This document shows positions 43,933 through 53,837 of a stretch of DNA of 64,000 nucleotides, in pieces. This DNA is from Nitrosopumilus sp. (GTDB lineage Archaea > Thermoproteota > Nitrososphaeria > Nitrososphaerales > Nitrosopumilaceae): NCBI GenBank assembly GCA_965207445.1, contig CBDBLX010000002.1, forward strand, positions 1,655,849 to 1,719,848, given 5' to 3'. Under the pieces are notes generated by a model, which was not told where the DNA came from, did no database searches, and saw only the letters and a list, made by a program, of their open reading frames with translations. Made by a program: the position numbers and the translations under genes. Every line of letters begins with the position of its first letter. Positions within the stretch are counted from its first letter, which is position 1.

Positions 43933-45042
43933 TCAGGTAGAACTTTTCACTTTTTCTCGAAGTGCAGGCATAACATGACTGGCAAACTTGTCAATTGAGC
44001 CAAAATAGTTTTTGCCCCAAAATCTAATGACAAAGTGGTTTACACCAGCATCAATGAATCGCTCAAATGTGGGTATGATATCATCAGGTGTTCCAACAGC
44101 AGTAGATGATCGTGCTATAGAGTCAGGTATCTTTGTAGCTGCCTCACGCATCTTTACAATCCAATCTTGGTTTGACATGGAGTATTCTGTAAAGTATTTT
44201 CTAAAGTCAAACCCTTCGATCTCTTTTAATCCATGAACTCTGAGAATTTCAGGTTTGAATAGACTCACCTTTACTGCCTCTTTCATCCGTGCCCATGATT
44301 CTTCAGAGTCATCAGAAAAGTAGACATCTATATCAAGTGCAAACTCAAAGGTGTCTTTTTCTTGCTGTGATCGTCCATTAGCATCCATAGATGTTTTGAT
44401 TTGTTGTGCATGATCCTCAAAGAGTTCAGGAGTATATCCTATTGGAAGCCACCCATCACCTAATTTGCCTGTAAGTGCAAGTGTTCTCTTACCACCAGAT
44501 GCCATATACGTAGGTGGACGTGGCTTGCGTATTGATGGTGCCTGAAGACATGCCCCTTCTAACTTGTAGTATTGCCCAGAATAGTCCACAGTATTATCAG
44601 GAGTAGAGTCATACAGTGTATGAATTAGTTCGATCTGCTCGGCCCATTTTGATACAGGTTTGTCAAATGGTATGCAAAATTCTTTTAAGTTTTGAGCTTC
44701 ACCTGCACCGATTCCAAGAATAGCTCTGCCTTTTGAGACACGGTCAAGTGTGATAGCGGCAAGGGCAATATTAGATGGATGTCTACGGATGGCATCTGTC
44801 ACACACGTTCCAAGTTCTACATTATTTGTAACAGCAGCAATTGCAGAGAGCATTACCCACGGATCAAGTACAATTGCGTTTTTCCATTGAGGTACATTTG
44901 TGTGATCCATGTAAAATATAGAGTCATATCCAGTCTTGTCTGCAAGCATACAAGCAGTAAGTATCTGATCCTCAGTGTACCCTGCCCTAGCTACATTAAG
45001 TCCATTTTGTATGCCAAATTTGACTTTTCCTTTTTCTGCCAA
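43933..45042 (-). CDS. LLM-class (luciferase-like, probably F420-dependent) oxidoreductase
   Basis: DPWVMLSAIAAVT..LGTCVT..RHP..TLDRVSKGRAILGIGAGE. Confidence 0.92.
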   Translation of the reverse strand: MAEKGKVKFGIQNGLNVARAGYTEDQILTACMLADKTGYDSIFYMDHTNVPQWKNAIVLDPWVMLSAIAAVTNNVELGTCVTDAIRRHPSNIALAAITLDRVSKGRAILGIGAGEAQNLKEFCIPFDKPVSKWAEQIELIHTLYDSTPDNTVDYSGQYYKLEGACLQAPSIRKPRPPTYMASGGKRTLALTGKLGDGWLPIGYTPELFEDHAQQIKTSMDANGRSQQEKDTFEFALDIDVYFSDDSEESWARMKEAVKVSLFKPEILRVHGLKEIEGFDFRKYFTEYSMSNQDWIVKMREAATKIPDSIARSSTAVGTPDDIIPTFERFIDAGVNHFVIRFWGKNYFGSIDKFASHVMPALREKVKSST

Positions 45043-45210
45043 TTATTATAGACACAGATACAACAATAAAAAAGTGTATCGATGCACAGATAATAAACAC
45101 TCAAGTATCAGCTCAGGTCAAATTTATACCCATTTGGAGACGACCTTGCCGCCGTATTGGTCAATCAAGCATGTATGGGGTGAAACGGGACCGTATGGAT
45201 GTCGCGGGTT

Positions 45211-45289
45211 GTAACCGTTCAACTTCTTTCCAAATTTAGGCACAGATTCATTGCATAACATGGAGCAGGTACAAGGATTGAACGGTTAC
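45211..45289. mobile_element. MITE (family A) with 9-bp TSD TCGCGGGTT
   Basis: Duplication at 45202-45210 and 45290-45298. Confidence 0.9.
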
Positions 45290-45299
45290 TCGCGGGTTC

Positions 45300-45733
45300 T
45301 GTCCTGTTGTCAGTGTGCGGCTCCGTTCCCCTGCTGAGCCGAAGATCGGCAGAGGTATGCCGACGTTGAAGATACCCCATGTTGGATCTTTTGCTATGTC
45401 CATAACGGCCTTGTATGAGATGGTGCCGTTCTTTTTACAGGTGGCAACGACAGTTTTCATTAGAGAAAAGTTGTAGGCGCTCACTGCATCGAGAATGCAA
45501 TGCGGCGACGGTCGACGATGACGTTGTCGTGTATTGACAACTCGTTGCCGTTGTTGTTATTATTGTTACCGTTGTTGTTACCGTTGTTGTCGTGGAGGGC
45601 CATGCATGATACCCGGAGTGGAGTAAACATGTGGTGCAGCGCGTTTGACACGGTCGTGGTGACCGCGTCAGGAGGTGCCATCTCAAGAGCATTCTGGACG
45701 CGTTTGGTGAGTCTGCGGATCTGCTGTTCAATG
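45300..45733 (-). pseudogene. C-terminal remnant of an IS66-like transposase with an (AAC)n expansion
   Basis: AYNFSLMKTVVATCKKNG..DPTWGIFNVGIPLPI parallels ARNFGRLQTFFRTCRKNG..DKAWDIFTSGIPPPI of 46294-48333. Confidence 0.75.
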
Positions 45734-45814
45734 GTAACCGTTCAACCCCTTCTCAAATTTAGGTACAAATTCACCGCCTAACGTCTGGCGCAGGCACATG
45801 GTTTGAGCGGTTAC
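45734..45814. mobile_element. 81-bp MITE (family A)
   Basis: Near-identical to 11403-11483. Confidence 0.88.
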
Positions 45815-45979
45815 TGATCTAGGAACGCAAACATGTACATCACCCATCACTGCAACATGTCGAGCACCTTAGCATGTTCGGATCGTCTATGTTCCTGCCA
45901 CTGTACATTCTCTCCATTCAAACACATATCTACAAGTAATACAATGCATATACATGACTCCAGATCCAAACAGTGTTAT

Positions 45980-48529
45980 GTAAGCGTTCAGGTCTAATTA
46001 TTGATGATCATAAGCAGGCACGCCTGCACGGGTCAATTAATGATATCACAGAGGATAATCCAGAATTGAGTGTGTCTAGATGAAAGGTGATGGGTGCGAT
46101 AATCCAAATTGTAAGTCATGTAAATTTTAGCAGTTGATATGATGTCAAACTTTAGGTGTTGTGATTAAATGATGCAGGTAAGTTGACCATGTAGATGAAT
46201 AAATTTTTGTTATTTGGTCATATCGTGACATGTCGTGCGGCAACGTAGAGTCCGCATGAAAACATGGAATTCCTTGCAATCATACTTTGATAGTTACGGA
46301 CGTATACTGTCTTCAGTAGATTGCTTTGTGTTTGTCATTATCGGCGGAGGTATTCCAGATGTGAAGATGTCCCAAGCTTTATCTGCAGACATTTTGATGA
46401 TCGCATCATATGCAGATGTTCCGTTTTTTCTACAAGTTCTAAAGAATGTCTGTAATCTGCCAAAGTTGCGTGCTGCAGTCCAGTTTGGAAATGGTCCTTT
46501 TCTTTTACTTTTGGACACAAGGACATCGCGTACATTATGCTCTGTATCATTGTTGTGTAGTGGGACTCCGGGGTATTTGATGCCTGTAAATACATGATCT
46601 CTTGCATTTTTCAGTGTAGTGGCAGCCGTATCCTCTATCATGTTTGATACTTTGTCATATTTTGCCAAGAGTTGGGATATTTTTTGTTGTACGGATTGAT
46701 CCAATCCTTTTTCTTTTATGATGTTTAGGTCACATGCACTCTGCATTGGGCCCCCGGCATATGCGGTGAATGATTTTGCACTTGCTTTGGCATCTACAAA
46801 TATCTCACTGAGAAGTATGTGTCTGGTGCATTCTGGAGAATCAAACTCATTGTCCATTGCAGCATCTTCTACTTTGCGCGATATGTGTACTGTACATCGT
46901 TGAAAATCAAAGTTGTGCCAAGAGTATCCTTGGTATCCGTCACGAACATTTGGTCTGTTTGTGCCCCACTCTAGAAACATCTGCATCTCAGAGACATACT
47001 TGTGTTCTACTGCCTTGTAATGCTCTGTTTTGTTTGTATTGGCAGTTAGCATCTGTATGTTGTCTTTTTTGACTTTGTGCGGTGACTCGTCACTTTTACT
47101 GTATGGCTGCATAGAGGCCACTTCCATGATATGCACGTTTTTTGGTTGTGTGACAGATGATGTCCAGACTGTACTGTAACGAGTTTGAAGTGCCTCACTT
47201 TGGGCATACGTGTTCTCTCTAGTACGGTCATCTGCATCATAATCATCTAAAATGTCTGCACCCTTGCCCACTTTCCAACCGCCTGCAGGCTCAATAGGCA
47301 TCCGGCATAAACGCAAGTCATCTTCATCGATTACAAGTGGTTTTTCAATTGGCGAGTGTATAATTCGACTATCAACTAAATTTGCAGTTGCACTGACACA
47401 GTTTGACATGGCACCAATCGATATGTGCAGGTGTTCTCTATCTTTGATGTAACCTTGTGCAGTACGTACACTAGTGCCGCCGTTGTTGTACATGTTTATC
47501 AATGCACGCTCATTTACCAAAAATGCAGATCCGCTGATTGCATCTGTATCAGGTACGTATTCTTGACCACATTGTGGGCATATTTCATGATACCACACGT
47601 ACATCAGAGTACGCCATACTCCATCGACATCTTGGCCAAACACTCTTTTGCGCACACACGAACCCTGAATCATGTCTGCTCTGCCACAGCATGCACTCAA
47701 TCCAACTTTAAAAAGTATGGTCTTCTCGCACTTGCCCTCACGTGACTTGCCAACATGACCTGGCTGGCCTCCGGGGTTTTTTGGCAGTTTTTGTAACAGA
47801 TCACCATCCCCACTTGTCACATCCCCACTTGTCACATCCCCACTTGTCACATCCCCACTGTTCGTGTCACTGCTACTCACAGACTCGTTGCGCTTTTTGG
47901 TCAGATGAGTTGCAAGTTCTTTTTGAAACTTTGCACGTTTGTCACCATATGGCTTGGATTTGGATGGACTGCCATTATATCCATATTCTATTGCAAGTTT
48001 TTGTTGCAGTCCTGATAATTCTACCTTTAATCGCGCTACCAACTCGTCTTTGTTTTGATTTTTTGCTACAAGACCTAATATGGTCTCCACTGCCACCTCC
48101 ATTACACTCTTGAACAAATTCTCAACTGCTGTCTTTTCTTGATTTAACTTTGCATTATCATTGCGTAAAAGAACCATGTCTTGATTTAATGCAACATCTC
48201 TCTCTTTCATATAGCCAATCATATCAAACAATTCTACAATCTTGTCGTTTAATTCATCAATCGTGCAGTACGCCGCGTCTCTTTCGGCACGTATGCGATC
48301 AATCTCTAAAGGCATCACACTTGCACCTCCCATCTGATCGCATGTATCATGGTTAAATTCCCATTGTACAATATTGCATTGTTGATGTTTCTATTTGTCA
48401 TTTTTGTCGGATAATGACAAATAGCGATATCTCCTTATAACCATGTTGTCTGTATATTTAATATCGTGCTCGAGGGTTGAAACAAACGTGCCTATTTATG
48501 ATCATCAATAATTAGACCTGAACGCTTAC
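45980..48529 (-). mobile_element. Complete single-ORF IS66-family element (ISBst12-like organisation)
   Basis: 34-bp perfect TIR GTAAGCGTTCAGGTCTAATTATTGATGATCATAA; 8-bp TSD AGTGTTAT (45972-79, 48530-37). Confidence 0.95.
46294..48333 (-). CDS. IS66-family transposase
   Basis: Coiled coil, PGGQPGHVG, CPQCG, SDES, RDGY, QRCTVHISR, HNNDTEHNVR. Confidence 0.9.
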   Translation of the reverse strand: MGGASVMPLEIDRIRAERDAAYCTIDELNDKIVELFDMIGYMKERDVALNQDMVLLRNDNAKLNQEKTAVENLFKSVMEVAVETILGLVAKNQNKDELVARLKVELSGLQQKLAIEYGYNGSPSKSKPYGDKRAKFQKELATHLTKKRNESVSSSDTNSGDVTSGDVTSGDVTSGDGDLLQKLPKNPGGQPGHVGKSREGKCEKTILFKVGLSACCGRADMIQGSCVRKRVFGQDVDGVWRTLMYVWYHEICPQCGQEYVPDTDAISGSAFLVNERALINMYNNGGTSVRTAQGYIKDREHLHISIGAMSNCVSATANLVDSRIIHSPIEKPLVIDEDDLRLCRMPIEPAGGWKVGKGADILDDYDADDRTRENTYAQSEALQTRYSTVWTSSVTQPKNVHIMEVASMQPYSKSDESPHKVKKDNIQMLTANTNKTEHYKAVEHKYVSEMQMFLEWGTNRPNVRDGYQGYSWHNFDFQRCTVHISRKVEDAAMDNEFDSPECTRHILLSEIFVDAKASAKSFTAYAGGPMQSACDLNIIKEKGLDQSVQQKISQLLAKYDKVSNMIEDTAATTLKNARDHVFTGIKYPGVPLHNNDTEHNVRDVLVSKSKRKGPFPNWTAARNFGRLQTFFRTCRKNGTSAYDAIIKMSADKAWDIFTSGIPPPIMTNTKQSTEDSIRP

Positions 48530-48800
48530 AGTGTTATCAGTGATGCTAAATCTATAGCAAGTAATATACAAACCGCTATAGAAGCTAAGGGTATGAACAG
48601 TATTACAACAGCATCTAACTCATTAGATGCATTAATACAAGATATTGAAGAGTTGTTACGTGATGGATGATAACACACGTGAAGTCTTAACCGAATTTAA
48701 AATTAATCAGAGCTACGAAGTGAAATTAGTACTATTACAATTGTTGTTTTGGGAAGTGAAAAATTACCTATGATTGTAGAACTAATACAGGCGATTCTCA

Positions 48801-49196
48801 ATGCGTAAATATTTTATCACAAACGCAATTATACTTGCAACCGCCTGCATTTTATTCACTCTTTCAATCATATATGATGCATCAGAACTTGCTACAACTT
48901 GGTTTGCGATTGCCATTGTAACTTATGGCATAAGATATACGGCATGGTGGAAAGAGGTATTTTATTTACAGACGATATCATTTGAAAAATCAGACAGATT
49001 TTCATCCATGAAATTTCTTATAGTAATGTGTGTTATTACAGGATTGAATATATTATTCATCATTGGTGATCATGGCAACACGCACTGGCACATCACTTCG
49101 ACTATGTTGCACGTATTTACCTTGTATAGGGCAACCATTGAGTACATGCATCAACGGTATAAGAGTCCAGAGATACTAGACAAGTGGCTCATATAG
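48801..49196 (+). CDS. Hypothetical membrane protein
   Basis: Three to four hydrophobic segments. Confidence 0.6.
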   Translation: MRKYFITNAIILATACILFTLSIIYDASELATTWFAIAIVTYGIRYTAWWKEVFYLQTISFEKSDRFSSMKFLIVMCVITGLNILFIIGDHGNTHWHITSTMLHVFTLYRATIEYMHQRYKSPEILDKWLI

Positions 49197-49231
49197 AGAT
49201 ACGCCTACAAATTATCTATACACATACACTG

Positions 49232-49483
49232 TCAGTCCGAATCATAGACGGCCTTGTGATCCCCCACGGCAAGTAGTATGATTCAATCTGGGTACACCGT
49301 GTACATCAGTCAATTGCTTTTGTTCAACCTGTATGTGTAAGTATTACTGTGTCTCTTAAATTCCCCTAATTCCTGTGGGTTGTCTGAATCCAGCATGTCT
49401 GCTAGCGCGTATTCGACAAGTCTTTTTACAGATGAATCCAGCTTCTTGTATTGTTTCTTATACTTGGCCTTGTACTCAATCAT
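49232..49483 (-). pseudogene. RelE/ParE-like toxin pseudogene (two in-frame TGA)
   Basis: MIEYKAKYKKQYKKLD...YRLNKSN*LMYTVYPD*IILLAVGDHKAVY. Confidence 0.75.
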
Positions 49484-49885
49484 TCGCTTCAGGATCTTTT
49501 ATCATGCCCTCCACGCTACTGTACATTGTAGGCTCTTCTAGATTCGTATGATACTCAATTGCCACACCGAGCCCGTTAAACGTCTCTTCCAAGTCGTCAC
49601 CGTTCGAATTCAGGTAGATGTATCTCTTCATGTCAAATAGTACGTTGTCGCGGTTCAGTATATGGCCGATTCGTCATTCGGCCTTGCTTGTAGCGCTTTA
49701 TCATAGCACTCCATGGCTTTCTCATACATGCCCAGCCTGACAAATGCGACCCCCATGCCCACTAGCGCCCCGGCATCATTGGGTCTGATCTTCAGCGCCG
49801 ATTCATAGTATTGGGCATCTGGATTCTCCCACCATGGATTTGATTCTCGTAGTATGCTTTCATGAATCATATGTTCTGTTGACAA
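49476..49885 (-). pseudogene. Chimeric/frameshifted TPR-containing gene upstream of the toxin
   Basis: ESNPWW (AAA-ATPase-like N-terminus) fused to a TPR (ALVGMGVAFVRLGMYEKAMECYDKAL), continuing in another frame. Confidence 0.55.
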
Positions 49886-49945
49886 TTATATTATATATTG
49901 TTTTAATATTACTGTGATGTTTTTTATATGTGGGTGTTCACTAAT

Positions 49946-50072
49946 ACTGAATGGTTCTTTATATGTAGTTGATCACATCTACTGAATGGTTCTTTATATG
50001 TAGTTGATCACATCTACTGAATGGTTCTTTATATGTAGTTGATCACATCTACTGAATGGTTCTTTATATGTA
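49946..50072. repeat. 35-bp perfect tandem repeat, 3.6 copies
   Basis: Unit ACTGAATGGTTCTTTATATGTAGTTGATCACATCT. Confidence 0.97.
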
Positions 50073-50090
50073 ATAATGCAGAGTTATCTG

Positions 50091-50232
50091 TGTGAACCAA
50101 GCTCTATGACTGATAGGGTCATTAAAAATAGCACCAAGTCAAGCGTCACGCAGATGCAGAATTATACAAGCAGGGATGTGACTAAATAGAGATATGTGAT
50201 TTTATTATTGTGTCCAAAGAGCTTGGTTCATA
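50091..50232. mobile_element. ~140-bp MITE (family C)
   Basis: TGAACCAAGCTCT...AGAGCTTGGTTCA; inverted homologue of 62669-62812. Confidence 0.85.
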
Positions 50233-50239
50233 CAAAATT

Positions 50240-50367
50240 ATTTACAATGGGTGATTTATGGATTCAATTGCCAGATTGATCAGAGGACTGCTTTGATGGG
50301 AATTAAAATGTGATAGTTACTTGCCATTGTAAATCTGTCGCACTGTATAATCAAAAATAAGATCATT
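50240..50367 (+). mobile_element. Fragment of the ISH3-like right end
   Basis: Diverged copy of ~31355-31482. Confidence 0.7.
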
Positions 50368-50721
50368 GGAATTTGACACATTGCAAACTGCTGTATTTGA
50401 GTATTCCATACATTTATATCTATATAACATATTTTCAGTACCTGTTATCATTTCTTTGAGATTATTTACCCTTTCTAAAGCAGCAGCTACTTCTTGACTA
50501 AGATCCATATAATCATTTTCTATAGATTTAAGATTATGTTCTTTATCTTTTAATTCTTCTTGTGCTATACGTAAATCTTCTATAAAAGTGTCATGGGCTT
50601 TTTGTATGATAAATCTTTCGTTTTCATCTAACATATTGTAGTTATTAGAAATATTTTTAAAAGTGTCATACTCTATTAAAGTATGGCAAATATAGCAGAA
50701 TTGCGTGAAATGGAATCTCAA
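50317..50721 (-). CDS. Hypothetical coiled-coil protein (probable start MLDENERF)
   Basis: Heptad-rich ORF whose 3' end runs into the ISH3 fragment. Confidence 0.45.
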   Translation of the reverse strand: MRFHFTQFCYICHTLIEYDTFKNISNNYNMLDENERFIIQKAHDTFIEDLRIAQEELKDKEHNLKSIENDYMDLSQEVAAALERVNNLKEMITGTENMLYRYKCMEYSNTAVCNVSNSNDLIFDYTVRQIYNGK

Positions 50722-50939
50722 CTCAAAGACCCAGAGGCAAAAGCACTCTTACAGAAAGCTATCAAGTTTTATGAATCTTGGTGAAGACATTTTTTATTTT
50801 TTTAGTAACTATTTTGCTTTTTGAAGTGCACATATAAACTAAAAGATCATGTGTATTTTTCTGACCATGGTAATCTCGGCATTGTGTATTTATATATAAT
50901 CAGTTGGCAATGATAACACGCAGTTGATTATAATGTGCA

Positions 50940-52686
50940 TAGTGATTTCATTAAAGATCCGATAGTTTTTAGACATTCTTATAATCATATATTGGGAAAT
51001 CAGGCAGGCCCCATGTTGTAATCCATACATGCTTCATGATTTTCACATGGGCATGTGTATGCCAGCCGTGTATTTAGGCGTGGCAAAGGGTATGTGCGCA
51101 GCCGTCCTGATCATAGTGCGATCTGTGCGTCGCACAGCCACACCCGGACCCACCTAGTTCGCGTAATATGCAGTTCATGTAGCCCGGAGTTCGGATATGA
51201 GTGCGTTGTTCTTTGCATCTTGTATGGCATTGCGCATGTACTCTAGCAGTCTGACTGTACCTACCTCGCCTTTTTCCATCATGTGTAGTATGGACTTTTG
51301 AATCTCTGGAAAACCACCCTTGTAGTATCTGCCTGCCAGTGCGCGCTTTATCTCGCGCCATTGGATCTCTATGAGATTGTGTTGAGGGGTATATGGCGGC
51401 AAGTACCATAGTGCGACTTGGTCCCTTGTCTGTTCCAGATACTGTTTGATGTCTTTGGACTTGTGTACGCAGATGTATTGTCACATATGACAAATACCTT
51501 GCCGTACTTTTCTCGGAGCATCTCCAACAGTTTTATGACGTTTACAGTATTTGCACTGTCGCAAAAGTGCAGGTGGCATGTACTGGCCCCGAGTGCACCC
51601 AACATTTTCATGCTCGTTTTTGAAAAGTTGACCTTTACAGTCTCAGAGCCTCCCCGGGGATATAGTCCGCGCGCGACAAACGGCGAGTTTGTGATTGCAG
51701 AAGCGTCCATACAGAACACCTCATAGCCGGCGCGGGCGTGCGCCATGATGGCGCGTATTGTGTTGTGTACATAATGCAGTTCTTCTAATGGACTGGCAGA
51801 CTTGTGGTGAATTGGCCTGTGGGTATTCTTATTGAAAAGCACATCCTGTGAGCTAGCGCCAGGGCTCCGGTCCACGTGTACTGGACGTCAAAAATGTTTC
51901 CCAGATGCAATGCAAACAAGGCCAGCAGTCCATGTCCCACGCTCAAAGCCGCACTGCATCGGCTCTTTACTCAGATCGGCCTTTGCCTGTTCTTGTTGTT
52001 CTTTTGTGAGTCTGCACGGCCTACTGGGGGCTCTTGCGGTCATATCTGCCCTCCAAGCCCTCTGATTGTAGCCTGTTGAGCCACTCAGATATGACGCTCT
52101 GGCTGCGTCCGAGCTGGGCGGCTATTGCAGACTCACTCTTGCCCTTTTTTCGTCCAACTGCCGCCTGCAGTCTGTCCCGGGACTTGCCCGGAGGCTCTTT
52201 GCGGTAGGCGGCTTTTAGATCTTCCAGGGACACGTCGGGCATGAACCCGTCCCCTCTTTCTACATAGGCTGTCTTCAAAAAATACGCACCTCGTCGATGC
52301 CGCAAGACGATCTACCTGCAGAGTCGTTAAATATGGCATCGACGAGTACTAGTCGATGTACCATTTTTTTTGTTTTTCATCAAACACTAATGGCCACATC
52401 GCCTTTTGACACTCGAGGTCAAATTAGTTAAACCAAATGATCAAAAGTTACTTAATACCTGCCACTGGACATACACACCAATTTCTCACCTCTCTTCTGG
52501 GCAAGACCGTCTACAGGGTTTAAAGACTGCTCATACTGGACATACACACCAATTTCTCACCTCTCTTCTGGCCACCACACGGTATCTGCTACACATAGTG
52601 CCAATTACGTCTATTTTTCCACTCCGTACCCGCCTGCCTAGCCGAAATCGCCTGCAAAAACCATCGGATCTTTAATGAAATTACTA
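50940..52686 (-). mobile_element. IS630-family element with frameshifted transposase; likely parent of MITE family B
   Basis: TIR TAGT(G/A)ATTTCATTAAAGATCCGAT; HTH (IAAQLGRSQSVISEWLNR), CMDAS, VICDN, LPPYTPQHNLIEIQWREIK; flanks TGCA/CGCA. Confidence 0.9.
52464..52571. repeat. Two 37-bp identical direct repeats separated by 34 bp
   Basis: ACTGGACATACACACCAATTTCTCACCTCTCTTCTGG at 52464-52500 and 52535-52571. Confidence 0.95.
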
Positions 52687-52782
52687 CGCATACGTGATAC
52701 GATTCCTGTTTTTGTTATAAACATGTAGTTGGTCTGGTTAATAATAAGTGGTTGTATAAGGTATGCTGACTTATATAATACA

Positions 52783-52844
52783 TAAAAACACATGTACAAA
52801 AACACATGTACAAAAACACATGTACAAAAACACATGTACAAAAA
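52783..52844. repeat. 14-bp tandem repeat x4 (AAAAACACATGTAC)
   Basis: Directly visible. Confidence 0.95.
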
Positions 52845-52991
52845 TATATACACATAAAACATACATAAAAACACATACACACAACACTACTGCCAAATGT
52901 GGTGTTTGTGTTATAGTAGAGACAGTTCGGTCAATTTTTCACATACCTCGCATCGGCGATAAATACTTGGTTTACAAGTAAAAACCATTAG

Positions 52992-53522
52992 TCATTTCCG
53001 TTTTAATTCCCATTCAGGAACCACCCACACACCAGGTTTTACTGTCTCGGCCCAATAAATTTTATTTGTAAACTTGTATTTTTGTACAGTTCGTCTCCAA
53101 ACAGTTGCAACTCGAACATCAAACTCTTCTCCACATATTACATCATTTTTCATGTATTTGAGTAAACGATGCACAGTTACACCAGTATCCAATACATCAT
53201 CGATAATTAAAATATTCTTCTTATATTCATTTTTGATGTATAAAGATGCATTAGAAAATTGGTCTGGGTCAAGATGTACTTGTTTTGCAAGTTTTTCTCC
53301 ACCCTCTGTATATTGCCACATTCGTATATGTTTTAGTGGTATTTGCAAGTCATGTTTTATTGCAATTTTTGATCTAATGTACTCTGATGGAATAATTCCA
53401 CCTCTGTCTATGCATAAAATTACATCAGGAATCCAATAAAGAGTCATCTCATCGACCAATCTATGGCACATTTTACAGATAGAATCATAACTCACATTTA
53501 CTTTGGTTAGTTTCATTATCAT
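52992..53522 (-). CDS. Type I phosphoribosyltransferase (purine PRT-like)
   Basis: IDRGGIIP, ILIIDDVLDTGVT, WVVPEWE. Confidence 0.88.
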   Translation of the reverse strand: MIMKLTKVNVSYDSICKMCHRLVDEMTLYWIPDVILCIDRGGIIPSEYIRSKIAIKHDLQIPLKHIRMWQYTEGGEKLAKQVHLDPDQFSNASLYIKNEYKKNILIIDDVLDTGVTVHRLLKYMKNDVICGEEFDVRVATVWRRTVQKYKFTNKIYWAETVKPGVWVVPEWELKRK

Positions 53523-53551
53523 TGATGTGCATATGTTGTAATAATAATAAC

Positions 53552-53712
53552 GCGAACCAAGCTTTCGTGTGAATCAATCTCTTTGGATGCACTAATGAAA
53601 TTATATACTTTGTTTGGTCACATCCTTAACTACATATCAAATATCGTGCATGTAATGCGTTGGGCTAGCAGTTATTTTTGAATAATCATACAAGTTATGG
53701 ATCGTGGTTCAC
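53552..53712. mobile_element. Degenerate MITE (family C)
   Basis: GAACCAAGCT...TGGTTCAC with a core similar to 62669-62812. Confidence 0.65.
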
Positions 53713-53837
53713 ACAATTATGTTGCACGTGCTTTGTTTTTTGTATGATGTAGTATAATATAATATATAAAATATGATTAATTATTTATATGTCATGCAGA
53801 TAAATAATTGCAAAGATAAAGTCTCACATGCAACACA

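Noticed and set aside
562..45814. GTAACCGTTCAACCCC repeats as CRISPR repeats or integron attC-like sites
   Set aside because: Dispersed, paired as inverted termini of a conserved 81-bp unit, one copy has a TSD, and the same end flanks IS66-like transposase remnants.
11185..49312. TGA recoding (alternative genetic code or selenocysteine)
   Set aside because: Core genes such as gltA end in TGA, and internal TGAs occur only in decaying accessory genes.
49946..50072. CRISPR array
   Set aside because: Units are contiguous and identical with no spacers; no cas genes.
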